A DNA stretch of 64,000 bases from Octopus bimaculoides (taxonomy: Eukaryota): positions 121,110,146 to 121,174,145 of the forward strand of contig NC_068982.1 of NCBI RefSeq assembly GCF_001194135.2, in the 5' to 3' direction. How positions within the stretch are numbered: the first letter of the stretch is position 1; each line of letters starts with the position of its first letter. The translations under genes and the position numbers were made by a program. The notes below the pieces were generated by a model. The model made no database searches. It was not told the origin of the DNA and was given only the letters and a program-made list of their open reading frames with translations. Positions 39,799 through 52,539 of the stretch are shown piece after piece.

Positions 39799-40872
39799 AT
39801 TTTTGTGTTAACTAAATGTTTTAAATTGTCAAACATAAATCAAGTTACTAATTCTCATTAAATGGTAAGAAACACTTTTTAAGTTCCATACTACTATTGC
39901 CATCACCATTATCCAGACTTTGTGGAGGAGTCTGTATGACAGATTTGTCTACTACAACAGCACAGTTTGAACCTAAAGTTACATGTTTCTAGATGTTTAT
40001 GCAGATATATGAAATCTGCTACTGCATGTGTTGTGATATGTGATTCTACTGGTGTTTGTTACGTTATACTGTGGATAAGGTCAAGAGGTAGAACAGACAA
40101 AAATCAAATTTAGATTTTCTATTGTAGATACTGATGGAAGGGATTTCCACAGTAAAAAAGTTTCCACATTGAAGAACTACTTAATGGTAGTTCAAGTTGA
40201 ATACATGGCATACCAACCAACTTTTGAAGAGCAAAATCTGTTATTATATGAAATAGACATATAGAAATGAAGACAACGATTAAAAGTGACCAGATTCAGA
40301 AGGTGGTTAACGGTAACCATATAAATGCTTTACTTTCAAATCTAGTCTAAGTTGTCTGTTATTACAGGAGGTATAATAACTGACAACTCCCTACCACCTG
40401 CTTACAGGAAACACTTTTCCATTTGGAATAGAATATATATTGTAGATGGTCAACTACTCAATGTCTGAATATTTCTTGACTCTGAAGAGAAAACCAAAAG
40501 CCTGTCTTTTTAGAGACATTTAGGACTCAGGACCTCTGAGACTTGTTGGAGGAAGTTACCCTCACTAGAGGCCTGGTTCAAATGCAACAGAGTGCCACTC
40601 TCCCCTCCCCACCACTTATGAGATCCATGTTGCCAGATACAAATTCTATTACCAAAAAAAACAAACAGAAAAAACAAAAACAAAATTCTTACAGCAGGCT
40701 TCCAAATTTTGCTCACAAGACTAAACTAAGGCTACAGCAGAAGACACTGCCTAAGGTATTATACAGTGGGACTGAACCTGAAACCATGTAGTTGTAAAGC
40801 TAACTTTTTACCCACATAACAAAACCTATGTTCATGAAAAGAGTGATATAAGGAATATTTGGCAGCTATCTC

Positions 40873-43290
40873 TTAGTATAAAAAACGTTTATTCAAACTG
40901 TAAATAACACACAAAAGTGTGTTATTTCTTATAAGGGGAGTTCCCTTCCAGAAATACTTCTGGTAACTGTCTTTTGAGGGTTTCTTCCCTTCTCTGTCTC
41001 TTTGGCTCAGGTAAATCTTTCTCTGGGGTTTCCTTTTTTCTTTCAGTAAAAACCTGTCCAATGTTAGTTGTTTTTTGCCTGCATTGTAAAATTTTTCTAA
41101 AATGAGACATGACATTATCATTGAAAAGGTTTACTGCTCTATTTGCTACCTCTGTATCAGGATGATCTTTTTCCACAAAACTTTGCACATCACCCCATTT
41201 AGCACAAATTTCTTTGATTAAAGAATTTGGGACATCCTCTTTCTCAGCCAAAGTCTTTTGCTATTCATTTTGAAGGTATACGAGCTCTTCGGTGGTAAGT
41301 TCAGTATGGTGGTCTTCCACCAGCTCTTCAATATTTTCACTGTCAACATCCAAGCCCATAGTTTTTTTCCCATAGAGACAATATCATCAACAATAGCAAT
41401 TTCCTTGACAGCAGCTGTACTTGTAGCTGTCTCAAATCCTTCAAAGTCTTGTTCTGGTACACAGTATGGCCAAAGTTTCCTCCATACTGAATTCATGGTT
41501 CTGTAACTCATTTGTTCCATGTATTATGAATAAGATTAACACAATTCAGGATATTGAAATGATTTTTCCAAAATTCTCTGAGAATTAACTGAGTGTCATT
41601 AATGACTTAAAACACTTTCGAAACAAGGCTTTTGTGTAAAGTTTCTTAAAGTTTGCAATGACCTGTTGATCCATTGGTTGTATTAGAGAAGTTGTGATAG
41701 GTGGCAGGTATTTTACCTGAATAAAATCAAACTCTTCAACTAAGTCATCCTCCAAACCTGGAGGGTGAAATGGAACATTGTCTAACATGAGAAAGTATTT
41801 TAGTGGCAAGATTTTCTTGCAGATATTTTTTAACACTCGGGGCAAAAACTTCATGAATCCACTCAATGAAAAATTGTCTGGTTACCCAAACCTTTGTATT
41901 AGCCCTCCGCATAACAGGCAATTTACTCTTCATAACATTGTTTCTTTTGAAAACCCTCGGATTATCGGAATGGTAAATAAGCAATGACTTGACCTTGAAA
42001 TCGCCACTTGTATTGCCGCATAGCAAAAGAGTGAATCTATCTTTCATTGGCTTGTGCCCTGGCAATGCTTTTTCCTCCTTAGTAATTATAGGTTGTATTT
42101 GGCATTCGTTTACAAAATAATCCTGTTCCATCCCTGTTAAACACCCGTTGGGGGAGATAACCTCCTTTCTTTATCAAGTCACTAAACTCAATCACAAATT
42201 TCTCAGCCTTTTCCTTGTTTGAACTTGCCGCCTCTCCATGCCTAATTACACTGTGTTATTTCACTTCTCTGTGGAGGCACAATGGCCCAGTGGTTAGGAC
42301 AGCGGACTCGCGGTTTCGATTCCCAGATCGGGCGTTGTGAGTGTTTATTGAGCGAAAGCACCTAAAGCTCCACGAGGCTACGGCAGGGAATGGTGGCGAA
42401 CCCTGCTGTACTCTTCCACCACAACTTTCTCTCACTCTTACTTCCTGTTTCTGTTGTGCCTGTAATTCAAAGGGTCAGTCTTGTCACACTGTGTCACGCT
42501 GAATATCCCCTGAGAACTATGTTAAGGGTACACGTGTCAGTGGAGTGCTCAGCCACTTGCACGTTAATTTCACGAGCAGGCTGTTCCGTTGATCGGATCA
42601 ACTGGAACCCTCGACGTCGTAAGCGACGGAGTGCCAACAAATTTCACTTCTCTTCTTTAAATTTCTCGAACCATCCTCTACTAGCTATCAATTTAAAAGT
42701 AATACTTTCAGCACTTGTACCAGGGGTTTTCTTTACTAGATCATTATAAATTTCTAATGCTTTCTCACAAATAAATGCTTTACTGATACTGTCACCTGCT
42801 ATTTCTCATTTATAAAAATAGGCAATGACTTATCTACTTCTTCGAGTATCTCTGGTCTTTGTTTATTACAGCAGCTTTTATCATTTCCTTATTTTTTAGA
42901 ATAGTAGATATTGTCGATTTTAAGTATATCGTACCGCACAGCGAAACTGACACACGAACACCATTTTCGTTTTTGCGACAATTTCTTTCTTCACTTCAAT
43001 TGTTTTTCTCTCAATTTTTCTTTTTCCTTTACCAGTATGACTGCTAGCTTTCTTTGGAGCCATGACTAAGGGTTAATGAAGAGGGGGAAAAAACCACAGT
43101 ACAATAAAGTTGGAAAAGAAAAGCACCACACAACACACGAATGTATACAAAACGGCGGTCGATTCAGAGCTGATTCCGTTTGAGTTAACTGAGTTCGGCA
43201 ATGTTGTTCGATAACCGAGGCATTTTCATCTCGAATTTTCTATTCGAAAACCGATTTGTGTGACATTCGAGAACCGAGATCGTTATGTAT
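40873..43290 (-). mobile_element. Tigger/pogo DNA transposon with decayed transposase (CENP-B-type HTH plus DDE_1)
   Basis: Minus-strand fragments KPMKDRFTLLLCGNTSGDFK, MLDNVPFHP, LPPITTSLIQPMDQQVIANFKKLY; several stops and frameshifts; degenerate terminal ctcggttctcgaa repeats near 43210-43290; boundaries approximate. Confidence 0.9.
42271..42640 (+). mobile_element. Full-length tRNA-derived SINE (family D) with 13-bp TSD, nested in the Tigger
   Basis: TSD atttcacttctct at 42258-42270 and 42641-42653; tRNA-like head ggcacaatggcccagtggttagg...ggtttcgattccc; degenerate relative at about 10360-10640. Confidence 0.9.
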
Positions 43291-43689
43291 TGTAATGTTA
43301 TTCTTATTGAGAACCCGTAGTTATTTCCCTTGGAGTATGCAAGTGCCGGAATTTTTTTCCACGTTTCTTCTGCTTTATTTATTTATTTCCTTTCTTTCAT
43401 AAAAGAAATTGTTGGCAAGAATGGAGGGTAATATAATATTTTACTTAAGGCTGGTATTAAAATATGTTTTTAAAGGTAGACTCAAAAATTTCGCAACTTA
43501 ACTAAGACAGCAGAAATATTAACTACTTCCAGCAGAGGGAGATAACTCTGTATTACTGTCATTTCATGAAAATATTCGTTTTTCTGTTAATTAAATGACC
43601 AATTTACTTTTCAATCTCTTGGCCTCATACACTTACTTTTAATATCTCTAAGGCAGTAGAAGCAGTCGTTAACAGTGCCTTGAATCTCT

Positions 43690-44810
43690 CTCTCTTCCCC
43701 TCTTTCTCCCTTCCTTGTCTTAGTGACCACAAGAATGGCTTCTCAGTCAAATCCACTCACTTATGTTACCAATGAAATCCCACAGCGTTAAAAAAAATGT
43801 TGCTCTAGATAACAGCAATGTCTTCAACGGTGTCTGGCTTATGAGATCTATTAATATTTTCTACCTTCTGACTCTACTCATCCCTTGAACTGGTAGCTTA
43901 TTAGACTGCATCACCGCGATATATAATGACGGAGATCCTTCTGTCTCTCTTCCAATCAACTCTGATGTGATCCACCCTACGAGTTCTGTTTTGTTCTCCC
44001 ATTGCTTCCTTCCATACATTAAAGATCTTGGCCACGACATCCAACAATACCCGCTTTTATGTAGATGATATGACCTCCTTCCTCTCTAACCTTCCCTAAC
44101 CATGCATAATCCAAATGCAGTCTCTTGCATTGATTTCATGAACAGATACCTCCAGTAGGGGCCATGCCAATTTTATCCCTTTTAACAGGAAAAAAGACCC
44201 TCAAGCACTACTTGTATAAAAAAAAACATCACACCACATCCAATCTAAACATGAAAGGTGTTCAGTTAAAACCCTCACAATCACTCCTGAAGATGAGTCT
44301 CACTATCACAGTGGATGGTAAAATACATCCTTAACACCACATGTCAAAGACTAGCCCGTCTCCTTAGGGGCTAGACTATATTGCAGCCTTGACAGCAACT
44401 GCAGCTCTACAATGCGGAAGTAGTGTCCATTATGGAGCATTGTTCTCACATCTGGGATGATGCTTTTGCTACACACATAGACATCTTGGATCACATCCAC
44501 AGAAAAGCCTCACGATTGATTGGTATTAAAGACACTTACAGACGCGTTCTAGCATCTGGCTCATAGGTGTACTGTCTCCCCCTCACCACTCTCTCTGTCT
44601 TTTCTATCACTACCAAAATGGGTCTGTTCCTCAGAGCTGGCTGGTCTTATATCTTTTCCACTTAGACATTCCTGATCCCCTTCTTGCTCGTCCTCACCCC
44701 TCGTCACCCGCCAATCCTAACGCTCACTCATATGCCCAATCTTTCTTTCCTAGAACATCGATCCCAAACAAGCTGAACCCAAACTGTGTGATGAAGAATA
44801 AAAGCAAGCT
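43690..44810 (+). mobile_element. Decayed CR1/L2-like LINE reverse-transcriptase fragment
   Basis: PINSDV...SVLFSP segment followed by YVDDMT at 44058-44075 (YADD-like motif); many disablements; clade assignment approximate. Confidence 0.6.
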
Positions 44811-45392
44811 GTTGTCTCTTCATTACATATCGATCGAGAGGTTTCTCTTCAAGATCCATTTTGGATGAAATCTTTCATTTCTGTAATAAATGGCCGTGAC
44901 GTCAACTGGAGTAGAAGAGCAACAGCTGACAAGTAGACTGCAAACAATCTTTAATTTTTGTTAATTTAGAATCTTGAAAGACACAACTACGAAGAGTACT
45001 AGACTTTGATGAAACAATATCCTTGAAAGTGAAGTGAATTATTTCCATGCTTCTGGGAAGCAGAATTATCTAGGGAAAGAACATATATATATATATATAT
45101 ATTTGCCATAAAGATATGTATCATAATTTCTTCTATATATATATTTATGAAAGATAAGACGATTATTTAGAATAACGATCATATCAAGTGGCTAGCATGG
45201 AAAAAATCGTATAGGTAATAATTCTTATAGGTATATGATAATATAAATTTAATTACAATTAAGAGTACTGAAGAGGCACCACCATGCCAGAAATAACAGT
45301 CAAAACTGACTCTGGAACCACATCATATGGTAAGAGGCATAATGGTGCTTCTTCGATACCCTTAATTATAATCTTATATATATGTATAAGTA

Positions 45393-46680
45393 TCAGGTCA
45401 TCCCATAAGTTCTGTCCGAATTTTGAATAAAGAAAGCAAGTGATCAAATGTTATATTTAATTGAAATTTAATCATCAATGTACTTTCCCTGATTACCTAT
45501 GACTTCCTTCCATCTATTTACAAGCTTTTTAATCCCATCAATGTAAAATTCTTTTGGTTTCAAAGCGAAGAACTCTGAAATGTCAGTTTCAACCTCCTCC
45601 TGGTTTGCGAAAGTTTTGTCTCCCAAATGATTCTGTAAACTACGAAACAGATGGTAGTCTGAAGGAGCAAGGTCGGGAGAATAAGGTGGATAAGGAATTT
45701 TTTCCTAACCACGCTCTTCGATCTTTGGTTGTGATGTGATCTTTGCAGTGTGGGGTCGCGCATTGTCCTGATGAAACATCACTCCTTTTCGATTCACTAA
45801 AGCGGGTCTTTTTTTCTTCAAAGCTTGGTTCAAACGCTCTAATTACTGACAGTAGACTTGAACATTAATTGTTGCGTTAGGTGGTAACAATTCAAAATGA
45901 ATTACTCCTTTGCAATCCCACCAGCTAGAGAGAACCTTTTTCCCATGAAGTTCCCTTCTCGGTTGTGATTGAACCTTTCCCCCTTTTACCAAGCGACTGT
46001 TTACGACGTTTAACATTTCGATAGAAGATCCATTTTTCGTCACCAGTCAAAAGTGTATCCAAAAAGAGTGAAATGAGTTCGTGAGAATGGCAGGAAGAGC
46101 AGATGTCAATTCGGGATTTGCGGTTGCTTTCGGACAATTCATGAGGCACCTATTTCTAAGTTAAGGAACCTTTCCAAGTTGTTGAAGATGACGATGAACA
46201 GTTGTATAGTTTGAACTAAGCTTTATTGCCAATTCGTCAACTGATATGGCAGGATTTTCTTCAAGTAATGCCTCACGGAGCTTATCATCAAACTCAACTG
46301 GGCGTTCTGTTCGATCTTCATCTTTAAGGCTGAAATCTCCACTTCTGAATTTTGTAAACCATCTTCTGCAAATTCTTTCATTCAAGCATTCTTCCCATAA
46401 ACTGAGTGTATGTTTCGAGTCGCTTCGGATGCAAAGTTTCCTTTTTTGTATTCATAAAGCATTATGTGCCTCAAATGCTCTTTGGATACTTCCAAGTTAG
46501 AAATGGTTTTAATCAAAGAAATTTTAATTCTATTATTCTGTAAAATAATATTTAATTAGTTTAAATGTACATAAGTGCATAAAAATAATTTTAAATTTCA
46601 TTAGACATTCTGAAATACTATTAAATTTCATTCAATTTAAAAAAAAAGTAAAATCGGACAGAACTTATGGAATGATCTGA
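45393..46680 (-). mobile_element. Full-length (1288 bp) mariner transposon with TA TSD
   Basis: TIRs TCAGGTCATCCCATAAGTTCTGTCCGA (left) and TCAGATCATTCCATAAGTTCTGTCCGA (right, reverse complement); TA at 45391-45392 and 46681-46682. Confidence 0.93.
45468..46495 (-). pseudogene. Mariner DD34D transposase pseudogene
   Basis: RRWFTKFRSGDFSLKD (HTH), PHELS, TGDEKWIFY, WWDCKGVIHFELL; start codon mutated to TTG; several frameshifts and stops. Confidence 0.9.
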
Positions 46681-47308
46681 TATATGTATGTATGTGTATG
46701 TGTGATTTTTGTTAAGATTGGAGTATCATACTATCATGTCTCTGACAAACATTAATACTAAAATTACCAGAAGGTTCGATGAAGTAGGGTTGGGTTAAGA
46801 AGTTTGAAAAGTATACTTTTGAAAATTTGTGTCAAATACAAATCTAAATAAGCAATATTTGATTCTAAAAATTAGATTAAAAACACGTCAATTTCTACTA
46901 CATTACACGGTTATATTTTAACCCATATTGTAGAGTAGTATCTAACTTCATGGCATTTTAATGTTATAATCTGTAAATAAAAACGGCTACCATAAAAATT
47001 TAATGCGTAGCATTGGTTAAAATTATAATTAACGCTAATTATTAAAAATTAGTAAGGGAGCAGTATATTTTTTATTCAAGCACTAAAACGAGAAAGGATC
47101 ATCCCGGGAAAGTTTTCAATAACGAAAGTTAAATTATGAGAGACGTGGCTTACAGTAGCGGAAAAAAAAACTAATTCAAAGATATTAGTAATGTTAGCGA
47201 AATTTGTATGTAGCCATTAAAAACGATAAACAAAATGAAAAAGTCCACAGGAACAATTTATAAAATTCTAATGACTTAAAAAAAAAAATTCTACTTGATC
47301 AGTATTTA

Positions 47309-47338
47309 CACCGGAAGTAATAATCTCTGTTTCCGGTG
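47309..47338. promoter_or_regulatory. Inverted pair of ETS-type sites in the PLD6 proximal promoter
   Basis: caCCGGAAGT at 47309-47318 and ttccggtg at 47331-47338, 30-60 nt upstream of the ATG; motif match only. Confidence 0.4.
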
Positions 47339-47369
47339 ATATAGACAACAACAACACAACATCTATAAA

Positions 47370-47781
47370 ATGACGTTCGTAACATCGTCTTTCTATTTAG
47401 GAATTTTAACAGGGACAATAATTTACCTGTATTTAATAAAGCAGGTAAAAAATAAACAGAAAACAAGGAAGAAATCACTTGGCAGTAAAGTGTTATTTTT
47501 CCCTGATAAGCAAATTGCCTGTAAATCACATTTTGTTGACGAGTCAGGTTGTACAAGCTTCCCGTGTCATTATTCGCATTCGCCTACAAGTCTGAGTTTT
47601 CTCTTCCAGTTGTTATGTTCAGCTCGTAAGTCAATTGATATATGTGTCTACATCATCTCGTGCCACGATTTGGTCGACATTCTCATCAAACTCAATGCAA
47701 TGGGAGTCGCTATTAGACTCATTACTGATGACGAGTATGAAGATGTAAATAACTCGTGGATTTGGAAACTTCGTAGTCAAG
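47370..47781 (+). CDS. PLD6: PLD6 exon 1 (membrane anchor, zinc wing, first half of PLD fold)
   Basis: ATG at 47370; 412 nt; donor gtaagt at 47782. Confidence 0.93.
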
Positions 47782-50700
47782 GTAAGTGATATTGGTGATG
47801 GCAATGATATAATAGACTAAAGGAACAAAATAGCGTTAACACATCTAAGCTGCTAATTAAATGAGAGCATCGCGATAATTTGTTAAATAATATAGTTTTA
47901 TTGTGGTACGTAGTTTAGAAGAACGGCGTGTGTGTTAAGTCTTTTATGTGCTATAAAAAGTGAAAATGAAATGCTATGACACTAGAGAAAACAGATTGTG
48001 TGTCTTATTTACTATCTTTTCTTGTAATATAGGTATTCATTTCTAGAACAAATCAGATAGTGTGTTTACATTTCCTAAGCTTATTTCCCCACGTGTAGTC
48101 ATACAGGTAGGATGTGAACAGAATCGCATGCCCCACGTTGGATTTTTTTTTAATTTTTTTATTTTGCACGTAACATTTCGTATATCACTTGAAATACTAT
48201 AAACTTTGTCTCTTGTGAATGCAGCAGGATTCCCAATGTATGAAGGAAATAATATGGGGCGGACGTAAAGAATGTGGACCGCACCCCCTTTCGGTTTTTA
48301 TTTTTTTTTACAGAATCCCCCATTTTCGAGTACGGAGATTCTGATTCTGCAAAAAAAAAAAAAAAAAANNNNNNNNNNNNNNNNNNNNNNNNNNNNNNNN
48401 NNNNNNNNNNNNNNNNNNNNNNNNNNNNNNNNNNNNNNNNNNNNNNNNNNNNNNNNNNNNNNNNNNNNNNNNNNNNNNNNNNNNNNNNNNNNNNNNNNNN
48501 NNNNNNNNNNNNNNNNNNNNNNNNNNNNNNNNTTTTTGCAGAATCAGAATCTCCGTACTCGAAAATGGGGGATTCTGTAAAAAAAAAAGAAAAAAAAAAA
48601 TGCAAGTGGGTCCATTCTTTACGTCCGCCATAATATGGAATCCACTTAATTTGTTCCTTGGTAAACAAAGTCAAAAACAATTTCAGGCTATTTGTGGTTT
48701 TAGGTACATATATCGGAGGGATTGAAAGTGAAAAAGAAATGATCCCGGTCAAAATACAAAAATTGACTTGGGTATCAATATTTAGTAGTATCAATATTTA
48801 TGTAGGCCTTTTCCTCCCATTCCTTCCCCAAATCAAAATAAGAATTATTCACTAACTCTCTGAATTCACATAAACAACATAACAGCTTGTTCCAATTTAC
48901 AAATTTGACCTGGTTATATATAATAAAATCTAAGTAACGAGAAGAATTATTAAAAAGCAGCAAGAAATATTGTCTTGCTTGAAAGCAGGTAAGGGTTGGT
49001 GGCAGGAAAGGCATTTAGCTATAGAAAATCTGCCTCAATAAAACTGTCCAACTCATGCAAGCAAGGAAGAGTGGACGTTAAAACAATGATGATGGGCACT
49101 GTACACAAACTAGTGTGGATTTCAAGAGCTGTAGGTAAATTTTGCTACTGGAGTCCAGCAAGGAATTCTAGGACTATGAGGCATATTTGAACGAGTAGTG
49201 TTTTTGAAATATTGCTCTTAGAATGCTGGTAAACTTTTCATCTGACTTGTATAAGGTCTTCAGGAATTAATCAATCATAAGTTAGAAATTAAAAGAAATT
49301 GTAGTCTGACTAGGATCAATTCTGTTTAGCCAGAGCTGTGGAATACATGCACTAAAATAATGGAAAAGACCATATTGTGAGAATAAAATAGGAACAATGA
49401 TCTTTGAAGGCTTTGAGATTGAGTAAACAGATCTTTTTTTTAAGCTGTATTGGAAATAGAAGTACTGAGCTCATCTTTATGATTAAACAGTGGATCTGTC
49501 ATTTGAGCAGTTTGTAGAAGGGCAATTTAAGATATGATCATGCTCTTAATTACTCTACAGCTTTTGTTCATCCATTAACTAGTGTATGTGTTAATAGAAG
49601 GGATTCCATGTGATCATTAGTAAAATGCAAGTCTTTCAACGGGACTTTATTGAAGATTATTTTCCGTAATTCATACAGACTCAGTATTTGGCAAAGAATC
49701 TTTTCACAAGTTTGTGACCAAGTTCCCTCTTCTAGCTATCCTTCGTAACATGAAATTGTTTTGTGTATATTAATTTTGTAAGAGTTTTCTAGTTGTAATA
49801 TACAATAATATGCAATAATGCAAATACTATTTTGTTAAAATTATTTCAATGTTTTATGTATTTTTTTATAATTGCATAAGGGTTCAATCCTTTTGATCTA
49901 TGAGTATGCTTTACTGGTACAGTTTTGTTAAGTTATACTCCAGTGAAACAGAAGTCGGGGCTCACACGGCTTGTGTTTATAGCTGAAAATAATCCAGTTT
50001 CTGCCAGTTAATGATCTGTAAAGATTAAAGAATGTGGGTACTCACTGTAGCACCTTCTAGTGGGTATAACCAAACGAAATTGTGCTCTCTAGAGTGTACT
50101 TGTGGGCTCAAAAAGTTGAATATTTTTACGATTTTTCTTATAACTGTTTTAGAAAAGATAAAAGTATGGCGAGGAAGATTTGACTGTTATTTCTAGTTAG
50201 TTAAATGACTACATTGAAGGTCTTGGACCATTCTAAGTGGATATAAAGCAAAAGTGAAGAGAAAAATAACTCGGGTGAAAAAAGTTAAACTGTTAGGTGT
50301 CAAACAAAAAGCAAATCAGTGAAGTGAAATCAGGAAGTTCTTATTTGGAGTTACTGCCCTTGATACAGTAATATGGTTTTTATGGCTGGATGCCCTTCCT
50401 AATATCAACTACTTCACAGAGTGTATTGAGTGCATTCTAATCTCCACATTTGAAATTACTTAAAAAAAGAAATAAATTAAAATTTCCAGTTTTGAGTAAT
50501 GGGTTCGTTTTCTTAAAATTTATTTTCTTTTATTCCAGGTATTATGGTCAGAACTGATAAAACACAATTCCTCATGCACCACAAATTTGTCATCATTGAC
50601 AGCAAAATCGTGTGTAGTGGCTCATTCAACTGGACTTCTGATGCAATCACAGTTAACCATGAACACTTGACCATCATTAGAGACTATGCTGTTGTCACAA

Positions 50701-50816
50701 AGTACTCCTCAGAATTTGCAAAATTGTGGAACTATTTTAAATATCAGTCCAATCCATCAGTGAATTACACATCCGAGGACTCACAAAGTAAAGAAATTAG
50801 ATTCAAGAGAAGATGA
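47370..50816 (+). CDS. PLD6: Mitochondrial cardiolipin hydrolase / piRNA endonuclease zucchini (PLD6, mitoPLD), join(47370-47781,50539-50816), 229 aa
   Basis: N-terminal hydrophobic anchor (YLGILTGTIIYLYLI), VLFFPD, Cys/His zinc-wing segment, ARKSIDICVY, single HKD motif HHKFVIID and GSFNWT; phase-1 intron CAAG|gtaagt ... ttccag|GT; 690 nt including stop. Confidence 0.95.
48258..48629. mobile_element. Foldback MITE with 9-bp TSD (Mutator-like) inside the PLD6 intron
   Basis: TSD ataatatgg at 48249-48257 and 48630-48638; termini GGCGGACGTAAAGAAT / ATTCTTTACGTCCGCC; about 50 bp of perfect inner inverted repeat around the N-gap. Confidence 0.88.
50539..50816 (+). CDS. PLD6: PLD6 exon 2 (HxKxxxxD catalytic motif, GSFNWT)
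   Basis: tattccag acceptor; IMVRTDKTQFLMHHKFVIIDSKIVCSGSFNWTSDAITVNHEHL; TGA ending at 50816. Confidence 0.95.
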
Positions 50817-50995
50817 TTTTCATTGATTTCATCTAAAACATATTTGTTTTCACAATTCTCATCTTCTCCGTCTTTCTCCATGTCTTTTTTCCTACACATA
50901 CTTTTACTCTCGTCAACTTCATTCTTCTTTCCATTGTTGCAACTATCCCTGTTGAACATAGCTAAAATTCCATCTCATTATCATAAAAATTGGTA

Positions 50996-51212
50996 AGGCG
51001 GTGAGCTGGCAGAATCGTTAGCACGCTGGGCAAAATGCTTAGCAGCGTTTCATCTGTCTCTACATTCTAAGTTCAAATTCCACCGAGGTTGACTTTGCCT
51101 TTCATCCTTTCGGGGTCAATAAATTAAGTACCAGTGAAACATTGGAGTCAACAGAATCGACTAGTCCTCTCCGCCAAAATTTCAAACTTTGTGCCTATGG
51201 TAGAAAGGATTA
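50996..51212 (+). mobile_element. tRNA-derived SINE, family A, about 180 nt after the PLD6 stop
   Basis: ggcggtgagctggcagaatcgttagcacg head plus family A core; another copy at 53023-53219. Confidence 0.88.
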
Positions 51213-51707
51213 TCATTAAAATCAGTGACACCATTACGGTCAGCTCTCATTTCATCTCTTTTTGGTGGTATCCAACAGAAAATCAACAATAGATTGACCA
51301 GAAATAAAGAAAAAATTATTCAAATTGTTAATCTTATCTATCCTCTGATTCACCAGTCAGCAATTCAGTGGGAATTATCTAAAATTATCAGCAAATATGA
51401 CAAACTGTATTCTACATACACACACATGCTCATTTCTGTGTCCGTCTGTATATATATATATATAAAATATATATATATATATAAAATATATGCATATATA
51501 GTTTATATAAAAGTATAGTTATATATATATGTATGTGTGTGTGTATGTGTATGTTTTCCCAACTACATGGTTCTGGGTTCAGTCCCTCTGCATAGTATTT
51601 TGGGCAAGTGTCTCCTACTAGAGTCCCAGGCTGACCAAAGCCTTGTGAGTGGATTTGGTAAACAGAAGCTGAAAGAAGACAGTTGAGTGTGTGTGTGTGT
51701 GTGTATA

Positions 51708-52539
51708 CAAGGGCGTATCCAAAAGAAACCAGAATTTTTGCAATATTATTTTATCTACTTAGTTTTACATGTTTACACATTTATCGCCTTCAAAGTATTA
51801 TCCGTTTGAAGCAATGCAACAGTCCAGATGCATTTTCCACTGTTCAAAGCAGTTCTGGAACTCTTGTGAAGTGATGCCTCCATCGTCTTTTTTCTTCTCC
51901 TCCACATCTGCAAAACGTTTTCCTTTTAGGAATTTTTTTATTCAGGGTAACAAAAAAAGTCACGGAGCAAATTCAACTTCCAACTGTTCTTTCTGTTCAC
52001 AACACACATTCAGTTGTAACTGCTTTTGATCTGTGAGCAAATGAAGCACAAATTTTGCTGCAACTCTTTTCATTGAGAATTCCTCATTCAAAATTCGTTG
52101 ACAGGAACTCCAGGAAACACAGTTATATCAGCAAGTTCATCAGTTGTTCAGCAGCGGTCCTCCAAGATCAGTTCATGAATTTTTGTGATGTTTTCATTCG
52201 TTCAGGGGGTCGATGGTTGCCCTGAATGAGGTTGGTCTTCAAGTGACAACTAACCATTCCTAAAACATGAAAACCACTTGTAAACTTGTGTTTTGGACAT
52301 GGCAGCATCCTTGTAAGCTGTTTGAAGCATGACAACTGTTTTGGCTGCTGTTTGCCCCTGCAGGAAACAATTTCACGGAAGCACGCTGTTCCTTTGTTTC
52401 AGCCAAAGACATGCTACATGGTAGTACGACTTCACATGATGCTGTCGGTTGGCAGACTGCTGCTCAAGGGTTGCATCAAGTGTCTTCTAGCGGTGGAAGC
52501 CTGAGAGAACGTTTCCAGTTACTTTAGGGTATCTCCTTG
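51708..52539 (-). mobile_element. Internally deleted, degenerate mariner element
   Basis: TA|CAAGGGCGTATCCAAAAG and TA|CAAGGAGATACCCTAAAG degenerate TIRs; minus-strand remnants SLEDQPHSG and KRVAAKFV; central catalytic region missing. Confidence 0.75.

Noticed and set aside
42271-42345. tRNA genes at SINE heads (also 2942 and 50996)
   Set aside because: The tRNA-like A/B boxes continue into SINE bodies and no complete cloverleaf is present.
49170-49800. Possible RNase H or LINE remnant in the PLD6 intron
   Set aside because: Only weak, frameshifted motif resemblance; it could not be supported without a search.
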